A DNA stretch of 64,000 bases from Candidatus Izemoplasmatales bacterium (lineage in GTDB: Bacteria > Bacillota_I > Bacilli_A > Izemoplasmatales > Hujiaoplasmataceae): contig JBMNEZ010000001.1 of assembly GCA_050949045.1 (NCBI GenBank), positions 960,001 through 1,024,000 of the forward strand. The letters run 5' to 3'. The notes under the pieces were generated by a model. The model worked only from the letters and a program-made list of their open reading frames with translations, searched no databases and had not been told where the DNA came from. Positions 35,038-45,949 of the stretch are shown here, piece by piece. How positions within the stretch are numbered: the first letter of the stretch is position 1; each line of letters starts with the position of its first letter. Both the position numbers and the translations under genes were made by a program.

Positions 35038-35859
35038 CTATACGAGAAAGACAATATCGAAGATTTCGACGATGACAACCAATCCCAGCGAAGTGAAGAC
35101 CCAGGAGTCAAACCGGTCTAAAATACCGCCGTGTCCGGGGAGAAGATTGGAGAAATCCTTGATATCGTAGTCGCGTTTGATCTTTGATTCAACCAGATCA
35201 CCGATCTGGGAAAAAACAGATAAGGACAGCGTAAGCAAGACTACGAGTGCCCAGTGCATCAAGAACAGTTTGAAGAAAATGGCGAAAACCGAGCCCAGCG
35301 CGCTCCCGATAACGAGTCCGGCGATGGCACCTTCGATCGTTTTTTTCGGGCTGATTTTTTCTGCCAGCCGGTGCTTGCCGTATTTGACGCCGATGAAATA
35401 GGCAAATGTGTCGGTGAACATCGCCGTCAGAAGCATGTAGATGATGGGGATGAGCCCGATTTCCCTGATCGAAGCCAAGGCGGCGAAAGCGACACCGACA
35501 TAAAGGCTCGTCATAAGCAAATAAACTTTGGGTTTGATCAACCCTTTTGGCAACCACAAATTGATGGTCATCAACAACAAAACCGCCAAGCCGAAATAAA
35601 CGGCAATCATAGTGCCCTCGATCACTCTTCCAAATGAGAGATAGGAAAGGACATAGATCGTCGCGGTCACCAACGGGTAAGCAACCATTAAAATGACGGA
35701 AAGATGGGTTTTCTGACGGGCAATCATCATAATCTCGATAGTCGCACCGATTGACAATAAACCGCAAAAGACCGCAAAAATATAGTAATGATCCCCGAAA
35801 ACTAAAATCGGCAGGCATACTGCCGCCATCACGAGCGCCGTGATTATCCGTTGTCTCAT
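35038..35859 (-). CDS. cdsA: Phosphatidate cytidylyltransferase
   Basis: ISPKKTIEG, KDFSNLLPGHGGILDRFDS. Confidence 0.95.
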   Translation of the reverse strand: MRQRIITALVMAAVCLPILVFGDHYYIFAVFCGLLSIGATIEIMMIARQKTHLSVILMVAYPLVTATIYVLSYLSFGRVIEGTMIAVYFGLAVLLLMTINLWLPKGLIKPKVYLLMTSLYVGVAFAALASIREIGLIPIIYMLLTAMFTDTFAYFIGVKYGKHRLAEKISPKKTIEGAIAGLVIGSALGSVFAIFFKLFLMHWALVVLLTLSLSVFSQIGDLVESKIKRDYDIKDFSNLLPGHGGILDRFDSWVFTSLGLVVIVEIFDIVFLV

Positions 35860-35863
35860 GTCT

Positions 35864-36598
35864 TTACCTCTTCAAGCCGCCGTAACGGCGGTCCCGTTTC
35901 GAAAAGGCGATGATCGCCTTGAAAAGATCTCTTTCCGAGAAACTCGGCCAGTAGGTTTTGGTGAAGTAGAGTTCGCTGTAGGCAGCTTGCCAAAGCAAAA
36001 AATTGCTGAGGCGGATCTCGCCGCTCGTCCTGATCAACAGATCAAGCGGCGGCAAGTCTTTCGTATACAACCGTGAATCGATGAGGGCCTCGGAGATATT
36101 CTCGGTCTCGATTATTCCTTTCTTGACATCGATGGCAATGGATTTAAACGCCTGCAGGAGTTCCTCTTTCGAACCGTAGTCGAAACAGATATTGAGAACC
36201 ATGCCTTTGCGGTCTTGTGATTCCCTGATCATCCGTTCAAGGATCTCGATATTTTTGGCGGAAAGTTTGGTTTTTCTTCCCGAAAAAACGACTTTGATGT
36301 CGTTATCGGCAAATTCGTCGCCGAATTTGGCTTCAAACTGTTCCGGCATCGTCATCAGGAAGTCGACTTCATCCTGAGGACGGGACCAGTTCTCGGTTGA
36401 GAAAGCGAAGATGCTCAAAGCCTTGATGCCGAACTTTGCGGCGCTGATAGCGATTCTTCTGATGTTTTCAATGCCGGCCTTATGCCCGGCTGTCCGTGGC
36501 AACCCACGCCGTTGCGCCCAGCGGCCGTTGCCATCGAGAATGATGGCAACGTGCTTGGGTACCAAAGTAATCCGTTCTTTACGAAAAAGCCCCATCAA
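35864..36598 (-). CDS. uppS: cis-prenyltransferase (undecaprenyl diphosphate synthase)
   Basis: HVAIILDGNGRWA, FSTENWSRP, IRTSGEIRLSNFLLWQ. Confidence 0.95.
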   Translation of the reverse strand: MMGLFRKERITLVPKHVAIILDGNGRWAQRRGLPRTAGHKAGIENIRRIAISAAKFGIKALSIFAFSTENWSRPQDEVDFLMTMPEQFEAKFGDEFADNDIKVVFSGRKTKLSAKNIEILERMIRESQDRKGMVLNICFDYGSKEELLQAFKSIAIDVKKGIIETENISEALIDSRLYTKDLPPLDLLIRTSGEIRLSNFLLWQAAYSELYFTKTYWPSFSERDLFKAIIAFSKRDRRYGGLKR

Positions 36599-36677
36599 TC
36601 ATCGCTCCTATCAGGACAATTATACACTATTTGCCTGAAAATACATAATGATATTGTCCGAGTGAAACGAGGCATGC

Positions 36678-36708
36678 CAAAAAAAAATAAGACTATCTCT
36701 AGTCTTAT
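36678..36708 (-). terminator. Terminator after frr
   Basis: ATAAGACTAG-AGA-TAGTCTTAT followed by long T-tract on minus strand. Confidence 0.7.
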
Positions 36709-37265
36709 CAGATACTCATTATGTCTTTCTCTTTTTCCTTAAAGATGTCGTCAATCTTCTCAATGAATTTGTCTGTCAGTTTTTGCGCCTCCTCCTGATA
36801 GAAACGGAGGTCGTCCTCGGTAATCGCCTTGTCCTTTTCGAGTTTCTTGAAATCGGCGATCAGATCGCGGCGGACATTGCGAATCGCGACTTTGGCATCT
36901 TCAGACATCCGGCGGACAACCTTGACGGCTTCGCGACGGTTTTCTTCGGTAAGAGGCGGCAGAAAAATGCGGATACCGGTTCCGTCATTGGTGGGGGTGA
37001 CCCCGAGATTTGCCGCAAAAATCGCTCGTTCGATCTTTGAAAGCAACGATTTGTCGTAGGGTTTGATGAAGATTTGTGTCGCCTCGGGAATTTGGATCGA
37101 AGCGATCTGATTCAAAGGACTCATGACTCCGTAGTAATCGACGTTGACCCGCTCAAGCATCTTGGGGTTCGCCCGTCCGCTCCGGACGGTCGAAAACTCC
37201 CGCTGCAGGGCGACTAGGGTCTGTTCCATGCGTTCTTCGCCGTTGATGAGAATTGTCTCTGGCAT
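36708..37265 (-). CDS. frr: Ribosome recycling factor
   Basis: RSGRANP, PPLTEENR, AIRNVRRD; exact start uncertain (37265-37274). Confidence 0.95.
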   Translation of the reverse strand: MPETILINGEERMEQTLVALQREFSTVRSGRANPKMLERVNVDYYGVMSPLNQIASIQIPEATQIFIKPYDKSLLSKIERAIFAANLGVTPTNDGTGIRIFLPPLTEENRREAVKVVRRMSEDAKVAIRNVRRDLIADFKKLEKDKAITEDDLRFYQEEAQKLTDKFIEKIDDIFKEKEKDIMSI

Positions 37266-37270
37266 GACCA

Positions 37271-37993
37271 TCACTCCTTATTATTGTTTATCATCGTGCC
37301 GATGTCCTCGCCCATGATCGCCCGCTTGATGTTTCCACTCACATTCATATCAAAAACATAGATGGCGATATTGTTGTCGCGGCAGAGGGCGGCGGCAGTC
37401 GAATCCATAACCTGAAGCTGCTTTTGCAGGACTTCTTGATGAGTAAGCGTGTGAAATCTCCGGGAATCGCTATGGACTTTGGGATCCTTGTCATAGACGC
37501 CATCGATCCCGTTTTTGGCCATATAGATGATGCTGGCCCCGAGTTCGGCTGCGCGAAGAGCCGCCGTCGTGTCGGTTGAGAAATAGGGATTGCCGGTGCC
37601 GCCTCCGAAGATGACGAGATAGTTTTTTCCCAGATGACTGATCGCTTTTCTCCTGATATAGGGTTCGGCAACCTCCGGTATGTTCAAACTTGTCATTACT
37701 CTGGTCGGCACACCGATCGCTTCCAGCGAGTTCTGCAAGGCTAAGGCATTTAGAATCGTCCCGATCATGCCCATATAGTCGGCGCTAGAGCGCTCGATGC
37801 CCATCTCATCGCCGAGACGACCTCTGAAAATGTTCCCGCCGCCGACAACGATGCCAATCTCGCAAAGGTTCAAAAGATAGGCTTCCTTGATCTCCAAAGC
37901 GACCTTCTTGACAACTTTGGGATCGATGCCGATGCCGCTTTTGCCGGAAAGCGCCTCACCGCTGAGTTTGATCATCACACGTCTTTTGGACAT
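37271..37993 (-). CDS. pyrH: UMP kinase
   Basis: KLSGEAL, VGGGNIFRG, GTGNPYFSTDT. Confidence 0.96.
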   Translation of the reverse strand: MSKRRVMIKLSGEALSGKSGIGIDPKVVKKVALEIKEAYLLNLCEIGIVVGGGNIFRGRLGDEMGIERSSADYMGMIGTILNALALQNSLEAIGVPTRVMTSLNIPEVAEPYIRRKAISHLGKNYLVIFGGGTGNPYFSTDTTAALRAAELGASIIYMAKNGIDGVYDKDPKVHSDSRRFHTLTHQEVLQKQLQVMDSTAAALCRDNNIAIYVFDMNVSGNIKRAIMGEDIGTMINNNKE

Positions 37994-38036
37994 AGAAATC
38001 CTCCTTAATTATGAATCAAGGACACAAAAGTGTCCT

Positions 38037-38930
38037 CTATTGTCTGGTTTGCGACATGACTTCGTCAACGAAATTCTCCTCTTTTTTCTCGATGCCCTCA
38101 CCAACAGCCATCCGTTGAAACATGGTGATTTCGGCGCCTTTAGCTTTAACGTATTCACCGACTTGTTGGTCGGGATTCTTGATGAAAGGTTGATTGACGA
38201 GGCAAATATCTTTGAGATTTTTCTGGAGCCTTCCTTCGACCATTTTGGCGATGATGGCTTCGGGTTTCGGTTTCGGTGATTCCTTGTTTTCGTTCAAGGC
38301 TTCCTTGGTCAAAATCTCTCGCTCCTTGGCGATGAAATCGAGCGAGATGTCGGCCGAGGTCAAATATTGGGGGCTACTTGCGGCGACTTGCATGGCGACG
38401 TCTTTGGCAGTTTCATAATCACCGTTCTTGACTACTGACAGCGAGGCAATTTTGCCACCCATATGGATATAACTTCCAAAAGTTTCGGATGGTTTTTTCT
38501 TTGTCACCGACATACGGCGTAAATTGATATTCTCGCCGATGTTGGAAACAGCTTCAAGGATGATGGTTTCGATCGTTTTTCCTTCGATTTCCAATTCAAG
38601 CGCTTTTTCGACGCTAGAAGCGTCGCTGTCAAGAATCCTCTTTCCGATCTTATCGACCAAAGCGGTGAACTTTTCGTTTTTAGCGACAAAGTCGGTCTCA
38701 CAGTTCAGTTCGAACATGAGGGCTTTGTCACCCGAGATCTTGATGTCGCAGACGCCTTCGGCGGCGATTCGCGAAGCTTTCTTTTGGGCTTTCGCAATTC
38801 CTTTTTCCCGCAGCCAATCAATGGCCTGGTCGATATTTCCGTCCACGGCGACAAGGGCTTTTTTGCAGTCCATCATGCCGGCGCCGGTTTTATCGCGCAA
38901 CTCTTTTACCAATGCAGCTGTAATATTCAT
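38037..38930 (-). CDS. tsf: Elongation factor Ts
   Basis: VKELRDKTGAGMMDCKKAL, ELNCETDFVAKN. Confidence 0.97.
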   Translation of the reverse strand: MNITAALVKELRDKTGAGMMDCKKALVAVDGNIDQAIDWLREKGIAKAQKKASRIAAEGVCDIKISGDKALMFELNCETDFVAKNEKFTALVDKIGKRILDSDASSVEKALELEIEGKTIETIILEAVSNIGENINLRRMSVTKKKPSETFGSYIHMGGKIASLSVVKNGDYETAKDVAMQVAASSPQYLTSADISLDFIAKEREILTKEALNENKESPKPKPEAIIAKMVEGRLQKNLKDICLVNQPFIKNPDQQVGEYVKAKGAEITMFQRMAVGEGIEKKEENFVDEVMSQTRQ

Positions 38931-39007
38931 AGCAATCCTCCTCATAAAGGTCATTAATTATATTATCATAAGTCATTTTTCAAATCAATTCATTTTCCGG
39001 ACTTCTC

Positions 39008-39036
39008 AAAAAGGGAGCAATCTTCGCTCCCTTTCG
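39008..39036 (-). terminator. Hairpin terminator between rpsB and tsf
   Basis: AAAGGGAGCGAAGATTGCTCCCTTTT on minus strand. Confidence 0.7.
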
Positions 39037-39038
39037 GT

Positions 39039-40163
39039 TTATTTCTTTGCCTTGATGATTTCTTCGATCAAACCGGCCTTCTTGAAGGTCGTATATCCGA
39101 CAACACCAAGATCCTTGGCGATCTGCCTGAGAACAGGCACCGTCAATTCTTCATAGTCTTCAACGGTCACGGGCTCCTTTAAAACTTTCTGAGCCTTCGG
39201 TTTCTTAGTTTCGGTTTCTGCTGGAACCACCGCTTCGACCTTTTCAACTTGGTCCTCATCGACGACGAGTTTGACGATCTTGGTGGCGGGTTTGGGTTTC
39301 CGTTTCTGGCCCTCAGGAGCAGCATCCTTTATTTCTTCTTCGGTTGCCTCTTTCTCTTTGGCCTTCGGCTTCACTTCAACCTTGATCGATTTTACCTTCG
39401 GAGTTTCACCCAGAGCTTCCTCATCTTCGAAGGCCTCGATATCAAGTTCGGTGTCTTCGCTTTCGGCATCGCTCTCGACAACGCCGCCGCTGGCTTCGAT
39501 AATGGCGTCACCCATCTTGCCAACGATCAGTTTGATCGATCTGAGGGCATCGTCATTGGCGGGGATGATATAGTCGACCTCATCGGGGTCGCAGTTCGTA
39601 TCGATAATACCAAACACGGGGATCCCGAGTTTTCGGGCCTCTAGGATGGCATTTCTTTCTTTGCGGGGATCGACGATGAAGAGGGCTTGTGGCAACGACT
39701 TCATCTCTTTGATGCCGCCTAAGAATTTTTCGAGGCGGTCCATCTCTTTTCTGAGATTGATGACTTCCTTCTTCGGCAGCACGGCGAAGATGCCGTCTTC
39801 TTCCATTTTGTGAAGGTCATGCAGTTTCTTGATCGAGCGCTTGATCGTCTTGAAGTTGGTCAGGGTGCCGCCAAGCCAACGCTTGTTGACGTAGTACTGT
39901 CCGGTCCTGATCGCTTCTTCTCTGACGGGATCTTGGGACTGCTTCTTCGTTCCTACAAAGAGGACGTGTCCGCCTTGCTCGACAATGTCGAACAAAGCTT
40001 GGTAGGCGATGTCGATGCACTCGCTCGTTTTTTGCAGGTCGATGATATGGATACCGTTTCTTGACGTGTAGATATACTTCGCCATCTTGGGGTTCCATCT
40101 ACGCGTTTGGTGTCCGAAATGCACGCCTGCCTCAAGCAGGGCTTTCATGGGAATGACGCTCAT
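39039..40163 (-). CDS. rpsB: 30S ribosomal protein S2 with long C-terminal extension
   Basis: [34 protein letters not shown]; ~140 extra C-terminal residues. Confidence 0.96.
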   Translation of the reverse strand: MSVIPMKALLEAGVHFGHQTRRWNPKMAKYIYTSRNGIHIIDLQKTSECIDIAYQALFDIVEQGGHVLFVGTKKQSQDPVREEAIRTGQYYVNKRWLGGTLTNFKTIKRSIKKLHDLHKMEEDGIFAVLPKKEVINLRKEMDRLEKFLGGIKEMKSLPQALFIVDPRKERNAILEARKLGIPVFGIIDTNCDPDEVDYIIPANDDALRSIKLIVGKMGDAIIEASGGVVESDAESEDTELDIEAFEDEEALGETPKVKSIKVEVKPKAKEKEATEEEIKDAAPEGQKRKPKPATKIVKLVVDEDQVEKVEAVVPAETETKKPKAQKVLKEPVTVEDYEELTVPVLRQIAKDLGVVGYTTFKKAGLIEEIIKAKK

Positions 40164-40189
40164 TTGTTTTTGAATCCTCCTATTTGATT

Positions 40190-40302
40190 TTACCTCCATC
40201 GCTTTAGGCGCTATTGCCGCCGCTTGGCTCCAGGCAAATTGCTAGGCGATGTGTGTATTTTTACAGCGATATCATTCTATCAAATTGTAGCCGGGAAAGC
40301 AA
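40190..40302 (-). promoter_or_regulatory. rpsB promoter and probable S2 autoregulatory leader
   Basis: TTGCTT-17-TAGAAT; leader ACACACATCGC...GCGATGGAGG can pair, resembling rpsB leaders. Confidence 0.6.
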
Positions 40303-40355
40303 GCAAAACTTAATGGGTTCCTCAAAAAAAAACAAAACCACGGCTACCGTGGTCT

Positions 40356-40802
40356 TCAATTGGTGCTGCCGATGCCGCCGGTGCGCGTGGCGCCGGGATT
40401 TTCCTCGTTTCCCGCCAGGAGAAACTTGGTGAAAACGGCCTGAACTAGGCGTTCGCCTTTCTTTATTTCCGTAGGCAAATCACCCAAATTGTACAAGAGG
40501 ATGCGGATGTGTCCCTCGTTGTCGGGATTGTTGTAATAGTCGGCGTCAATGATGCCGACGCTGTTGGTCATGATCAGTTTTTTCTTACTGAAGAGCGAAC
40601 TCCTCGGCGTGATAATCAAGACTTCGTCCTTCGCCATGAACGCCTTGATCCCGGTGGGAATAACCGCGGGGTTCTTGGGTGGGATCACCGCGGACATCGC
40701 CGCTTCCAAATCGTAGCCGGCGCTATTGATCGTCGAGCGTTTGGGTAAGCGGATTCCTTCTTTTTGATAGGCCGAGACAATCTCGAAACCACGAACCGCC
40801 AT
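40356..40802 (-). CDS. dut: Trimeric dUTPase
   Basis: SAGYDL, PRSS, GIIDADY, GERLVQ, RTGGIGST; terminator at ~40323-40355. Confidence 0.93.
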   Translation of the reverse strand: MAVRGFEIVSAYQKEGIRLPKRSTINSAGYDLEAAMSAVIPPKNPAVIPTGIKAFMAKDEVLIITPRSSLFSKKKLIMTNSVGIIDADYYNNPDNEGHIRILLYNLGDLPTEIKKGERLVQAVFTKFLLAGNEENPGATRTGGIGSTN

Positions 40803-40842
40803 CAGTTTTCACCTCTTTATGGAACTTTTAGAATGTTTGCGA

Positions 40843-41475
40843 CTACTGCGCTTTTTTGGCCATGATGATCTCCTTGGATTTCATCAGCCGCGTGATGTTG
40901 CCACGTTCGTTGTCTTCTAGTTTATTAGTGATTCTTTTGATCGTATCCTCGATGTCGGGAATCATGATGAACTCGATGGCATTGACCCGACGTCTTGTCT
41001 TCTCAATTTCCCGAGCGAGCATCTCGCAGGTCTTTTCGATAACTGAAAGGTCGATCAATCGATGCAGGATGCCCGATAATCCGATCACGGCTCCGTCGAG
41101 GTCGGACGGTGTGAAGGCGAAACTGTACGTCAGGTCGATCGAAGTGGATTCTTGATAGGAAAGCGTCGGGGTCTTGATGTTCATGATCAAATCAGAGCCT
41201 GTCTCAAGCGTCAATTCCCGGGAGGGAACCATTAACGCCTCCAAAAGACCGGCGCGGGACAGTTGGAGTTTGGCGCTATCGAATTGTGCCATGATTTTGG
41301 CCAAGGCCTTTTCAACATCCAACCGCAAAGACCGGTTCTCTTTGATGAGTTCCATGAACCGGCGGATCATTTCATCTTGCTTGTCTTTCAATAATTTGTG
41401 GCCGCGTTTGGCGACCGCCAGCCGTTTTTTCAGCCGGTAGAGCTCCATCCTTGTGGGATTTATGGTTTGGGCCAT
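40843..41475 (-). CDS. ntpD: V/A-type ATPase subunit D
   Basis: PTRMEL, RGHKLLKDK, EIEKTRRRVNAIE. Confidence 0.94.
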   Translation of the reverse strand: MAQTINPTRMELYRLKKRLAVAKRGHKLLKDKQDEMIRRFMELIKENRSLRLDVEKALAKIMAQFDSAKLQLSRAGLLEALMVPSRELTLETGSDLIMNIKTPTLSYQESTSIDLTYSFAFTPSDLDGAVIGLSGILHRLIDLSVIEKTCEMLAREIEKTRRRVNAIEFIMIPDIEDTIKRITNKLEDNERGNITRLMKSKEIIMAKKAQ

Positions 41476-41477
41476 GC

Positions 41478-42854
41478 TCAATCTTCCTCAGGCAGGTATT
41501 TGGCGATGTTTTCCAGGCTGATCCGTTTGAGCTCGGTCTTTGGCAAAATCGTGAGCAGTTTCCAACCGATGGTGAGGGTTTTTTCAATCGGACGGTTTTC
41601 ATAATTGCCTTGTTTGACATAACGCTCTTCAAATTCATTGGCAAACTTGGCGTAAAGTTTGTCGACATTCGACAAGGCGGCTTCTCCCAAAATCGTGGAT
41701 AACTCTTTTGCTTCCTTGCCGCGGGCATAGGCCGCAAACAATTGATTCATCGTTTCCGAGTGGTCTTCTCTGGTCTTACCTTCACCGATGCCCTTGTCTT
41801 TCAGCCGGGAAAGCGAAGGCAAGACGTCGATCGGCGGATAGATGCCTTTGAGATTCAAATCCCGCGACAAGATGATCTGCCCTTCGGTGATATAACCGGT
41901 TAGGTCGGGAATCGGATGCGTCTTGTCGTCTTCGGGCATGGTCAAAATCGGAATCTGCGTAATTGAGCCGTTTTTGCCTTTAATCCGGCCGGCGCGCTCG
42001 AGAAGCGAGGCCAGGTCGGTATACATATAACCAGGATATCCACGGCGGCCCGGCACTTCCTTCCTGGCGGCGGACACCTCGCGGAGAGTTTCCGCATAGT
42101 TGGTGATATCGGTCAGAATGACAAGCACGTGCATATTGAGCTCATATGCCAAATACTCGGCGCAAGTGATCGCCATCCGCGGGGTGGCGATCCGTTCAAT
42201 GGCGGGGTCGGCCGCCAAGTTCATGAACAAGACGGAGCGTTCGATGGCTCCGGAGCGTTGGAAATCCTCGATGAAGTAGTTCGCTTCCTCGAATGTGATG
42301 CCGATCGCAGCGAAAACGACAGCGAACGGTTCGGAGCGGTCCTTGACCTGTGCTTGCCTGGCGATCTGCGCCGCCAATTTGGCGTGCGGCAGTCCCGAAC
42401 CGGAAAAAATCGGCAGTTTCTGTCCGCGAACCAATGTGTTCAAGCCATCGATGGCGCTGATGCCGGTTTCGATGAATTCGGATGGATAGTCCCGAGCGAC
42501 CGGATTTAGCGGTGTACCGTTGATGTCCGCCATCTTTGTTGGGATAATCTCGCCGGCGCCGTCGATCGGACGCCCCATGCCGTCAAAGACCCTGCCAACG
42601 ATTTCCGGGGCGAGTTTCAGTTCGATTCCTCGGCCTAGAAACATGGCTTTCGCATCACTGATCTTCAAGCCATGAGACGGATTGAACAGTTGGACCAGGG
42701 CTCTGTCATTGTCGACTTCCAGGACCTTGCCGATCCGCTCTTCACCAGAGGCTTGGCGAATGCGGACCAATTCGTCGTACTTGACCCCTTCTACTTGATC
42801 GACAAGCATAAGCGGCCCAACAACTTCGCAAATGGTCTTATACTCTTTAGGCAT
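41478..42854 (-). CDS. ntpB: V/A-type ATPase subunit B
   Basis: [43 protein letters not shown]. Confidence 0.96.
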   Translation of the reverse strand: MPKEYKTICEVVGPLMLVDQVEGVKYDELVRIRQASGEERIGKVLEVDNDRALVQLFNPSHGLKISDAKAMFLGRGIELKLAPEIVGRVFDGMGRPIDGAGEIIPTKMADINGTPLNPVARDYPSEFIETGISAIDGLNTLVRGQKLPIFSGSGLPHAKLAAQIARQAQVKDRSEPFAVVFAAIGITFEEANYFIEDFQRSGAIERSVLFMNLAADPAIERIATPRMAITCAEYLAYELNMHVLVILTDITNYAETLREVSAARKEVPGRRGYPGYMYTDLASLLERAGRIKGKNGSITQIPILTMPEDDKTHPIPDLTGYITEGQIILSRDLNLKGIYPPIDVLPSLSRLKDKGIGEGKTREDHSETMNQLFAAYARGKEAKELSTILGEAALSNVDKLYAKFANEFEERYVKQGNYENRPIEKTLTIGWKLLTILPKTELKRISLENIAKYLPEED

Positions 42855-44643
42855 TCTCTTCACCGCCTTGCATTAATTGTCGATATTCTTCCTCAATCTC
42901 GGCGAGGATAAGTTCGATCTCTTTGGCGAATTGATCTTCTTTAATGTATTTCATCCGACCGATTTTTTCTAGGGCGTTCATCGAAGAAATCTTGGCATAG
43001 GAATAATCTTGATCCAAGGCTTCAAGCCCTTTTTGAAACCAGAAGAGAATCGCCTTCATCATCCCGTATTGCTTGGTGAGGGAAGTGTACGTGTCGATCT
43101 CGTGAAAAGCGTTCTGATGGAGAAAGTCTTCGCGGATGCTGCGGGCGCAATCGAGCATCAGCCGGTCTCTGAATTCGAGCGAGTCGATGCCGACCAATCG
43201 GACGATCTCCTCCAAATGGGCTTCTTCTTGCAAGATTCTCATCGCGGTGGCTACTTGATGCGACCAATCCCTTTTGACTTCCCGGTCGAAATACTCATTT
43301 ATCTCATCACTGTAGAGCGAATAACTCTTCAGCCAGTCAATAGCAGGAAAATGGCGACGATAGGCGAGATTCGCCGAAAGTCCCCAGAAGACTTTCACGA
43401 TCCTCAAGGTTGCTTGAGAAACGGGTTCGGAGGTATCTCCTCCCGGAGGCGAGACGGCCCCGATCGCGGTAACGGCCCCAAAGCGATCATCGGTGCCGAG
43501 GCAGCGGACCAACCCGGCACGCTCATAGAATTCGGCGATCCGGCTTGATAGATAGGCGGGATATCCTTCTTCGCCCGGCATTTCTTCCAACCGTGAGGAC
43601 ATCTCGCGCAGGGCTTCGGCCCAGCGGGAGGTGGAATCGGCCATGATGGCGACCCGGTACCCCATATCGCGATAGTATTCGCCAATGGTGATCCCCGTAT
43701 AGATGGACGCTTCCCGCGCCGCCACCGGCATATTGGAAGTATTGGCGATGAGCACGGTCCGCTTCATAAGAGGTTCGTTGCTTTTTGGATCTTTGAGTTT
43801 CGGAAATTCCATCAATACATCGGTCATTTCGTTGCCACGTTCGCCGCAGCCGACATAGACGATGATGTCGGCATCGGCCCATTTGGACAACTGATGTTGG
43901 ACGACGGTCTTTCCGGAACCGAACGGGCCGGGAATAGCGCCGATACCGCCGATCGCAATCGGAAACAGAGTGTCGATGACGCACTGCCCGGTGACCATCG
44001 GCTCTTTCGGAGCCAATTTTCTTTGATAAGGTCTGCGGATTCGCACCGGCCATTTCTGCATCATCGTGATCGAATGTTCTGTTCCTGATTCATCGGTGAT
44101 GACAGCGATTTTATCGGTGATCACCGCCATGCCGGAAAAAATCCAGGTGAGTGTTCCCTTGATTCCCGGAGGGACCATGACTTTGTGGCGTATCACCGTG
44201 GTCTCTTGGACAAAACCGAGGATGTCGCCTGCTTGGACGTGCATACCGGTTTTGCCCTCAGGTTCAAAGTTCCACTGTTTTTCCCGGTTCAACTTTGGGA
44301 CATCAATCCCCAAAGGTATGCGGTCTCCTGCGGCTTCATAAATGACATTGAGCGGCCGTTGGATGCCGTCAAAAATCCCTTCGATCAATCCCGGTCCCAA
44401 TTCGACCGACAGTGGTTGGTGGGTATCATAGACCGGTTCTCCTGGTCCTATGCCGGCTGTTTCTTCATAAACCTGGATCGATGCCAAGTCGCCGCGAAGT
44501 TCAATGACTTCTCCAAATAAGCGTTTATCGCTGACGAGAACGACGTCGTACATTTTGACGTTTTTCATGTTCTTGGCAACGACAAGCGGCCCGGATACTT
44601 TTGTGATTATTCCATGATTTGGATTGTTTTCAATTTTGTTCAT
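42847..44643 (-). CDS. ntpA: V/A-type ATPase subunit A
   Basis: P-loop [30 protein letters not shown]. Confidence 0.97.
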   Translation of the reverse strand: MNKIENNPNHGIITKVSGPLVVAKNMKNVKMYDVVLVSDKRLFGEVIELRGDLASIQVYEETAGIGPGEPVYDTHQPLSVELGPGLIEGIFDGIQRPLNVIYEAAGDRIPLGIDVPKLNREKQWNFEPEGKTGMHVQAGDILGFVQETTVIRHKVMVPPGIKGTLTWIFSGMAVITDKIAVITDESGTEHSITMMQKWPVRIRRPYQRKLAPKEPMVTGQCVIDTLFPIAIGGIGAIPGPFGSGKTVVQHQLSKWADADIIVYVGCGERGNEMTDVLMEFPKLKDPKSNEPLMKRTVLIANTSNMPVAAREASIYTGITIGEYYRDMGYRVAIMADSTSRWAEALREMSSRLEEMPGEEGYPAYLSSRIAEFYERAGLVRCLGTDDRFGAVTAIGAVSPPGGDTSEPVSQATLRIVKVFWGLSANLAYRRHFPAIDWLKSYSLYSDEINEYFDREVKRDWSHQVATAMRILQEEAHLEEIVRLVGIDSLEFRDRLMLDCARSIREDFLHQNAFHEIDTYTSLTKQYGMMKAILFWFQKGLEALDQDYSYAKISSMNALEKIGRMKYIKEDQFAKEIELILAEIEEEYRQLMQGGEENA

Positions 44644-44657
44644 CTTTGATCCCCTTT

Positions 44658-44975
44658 CTAAAAGAGGTTAATGCCAATTGCATTTTCGACATTTTGCTTG
44701 ATTTTTGCCATTCCAATGTTCTTGGTTTCCTTGTCAATGGGCAAAACCGTCAGAATTGGAAAAGGAAGGTGATGATATTTTTCGATGGTTTCCGGTATCT
44801 TTTCATAGAGATCTTCAGCTAGGAAGATCAGCTTGCATTTCCGGTTGGCCAGTTCCGCGATGGCTCTCTCGGCTTCTTGATTGTCTTTTACCTGGAAAGC
44901 CCGAATGCCGACGGTATTGAAGAGTAGAATCTGATCTGTTGTGCCAACAATGGCAATTCTGGGAAAATTGTCCAT
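44658..44975 (-). CDS. V/A-type ATPase subunit F
   Basis: IAIVG..., ~105 aa, ends VENAIGINL; operon position. Confidence 0.88.
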   Translation of the reverse strand: MDNFPRIAIVGTTDQILLFNTVGIRAFQVKDNQEAERAIAELANRKCKLIFLAEDLYEKIPETIEKYHHLPFPILTVLPIDKETKNIGMAKIKQNVENAIGINLF

Positions 44976-44994
44976 GAATATTCTCTCCTTTTTC

Positions 44995-45948
44995 CTAGTA
45001 GTACGTCAAATCGGCGGGATCGGCGTCATCCTTCGCCATCAAAATGCGAATGTTTTTGGCCTCAGCTTTCTTTTTCAAATAATAATAGATAATCGGTCCG
45101 ATCGAAAAGGCATCGTGCCGGAACGGTTTGACCTGTTCAAGCAGGAGATCGGACAAGGCTTTCTCCAATGTTTCAACCGAGGCTTTTTCTTGATTTTTTT
45201 TCAACTGTCGCGTAAGTTCCTCGTTATAATATGGTTGAAGTGAGGCGAGATACCTTTCAGTCGACGCCTGAAAAGCTTCTAAAAATACCGATTTCGGAAT
45301 AGACCCGTTGTCAAGTAGCATGGACGTGGCTGCCTCTTGTGACCAGCCCAGCAATTTGCTTCTTTCGATCGTGAGCACGTTTTGAAAATCGATGAAAGCG
45401 AGAAGATAGGTCAAAAAGGCCTGTGGTTTCGGAAAACGCAGTTGCCTGATGGCAAATGCCAGCAAAGCGTTATCGATCGCGGCGCTCACCAGCCGCGGAT
45501 TGTCGGAAACGGCTTCCACGGCATTGTCAATGTTTTTCAGTAGCGTTTGAAATAGTTTCGGAAGCGGCGCGCGGTCGTGATTTAATACTGCCTGTTCCAA
45601 AAGGTCTGCCGGGAAAGCGCCTGAGAACTCCGTTTGTCGCGGGCAGGGAATCCCGAACAGCAATTCCTTGTACAGTGCCTTCAAGAGAGTGGCGTCATAA
45701 ACCAAGTAGAAGAGATCTGTCAAGGATTTGTCAGGTGTCAAAGCATCTAGCAGTTGCCTGACGCTTTGAAGCTCCGTTTGAATCAACGCTTCCACATTGG
45801 GTTCGGAAGTTCCCTTTCCGTATCCAAATGACAACAGCGTTGCGACAAATTCGGATTTGGGCGTTTTGGCCAATTTGGCATACTGGGCCCGGTCGAGCAG
45901 TTTATCCTCAATGGCCTTGATAACGCCAATTGCAAAGGGATAATCCAT
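44995..45948 (-). CDS. ntpC: V/A-type ATPase subunit C
   Basis: YPFAIGVIKAIE, IDFQN, EAKNIRIL; start placed at ATG 45948. Confidence 0.85.
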   Translation of the reverse strand: MDYPFAIGVIKAIEDKLLDRAQYAKLAKTPKSEFVATLLSFGYGKGTSEPNVEALIQTELQSVRQLLDALTPDKSLTDLFYLVYDATLLKALYKELLFGIPCPRQTEFSGAFPADLLEQAVLNHDRAPLPKLFQTLLKNIDNAVEAVSDNPRLVSAAIDNALLAFAIRQLRFPKPQAFLTYLLAFIDFQNVLTIERSKLLGWSQEAATSMLLDNGSIPKSVFLEAFQASTERYLASLQPYYNEELTRQLKKNQEKASVETLEKALSDLLLEQVKPFRHDAFSIGPIIYYYLKKKAEAKNIRILMAKDDADPADLTYY

Positions 45949-45949
45949 A

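Noticed and set aside
42847..44643. Intein in ATPase subunit A, or intervening sequences in rRNA
   Set aside because: Lengths are normal (598 aa; 16S ~1.53 kb; 23S ~2.84 kb)
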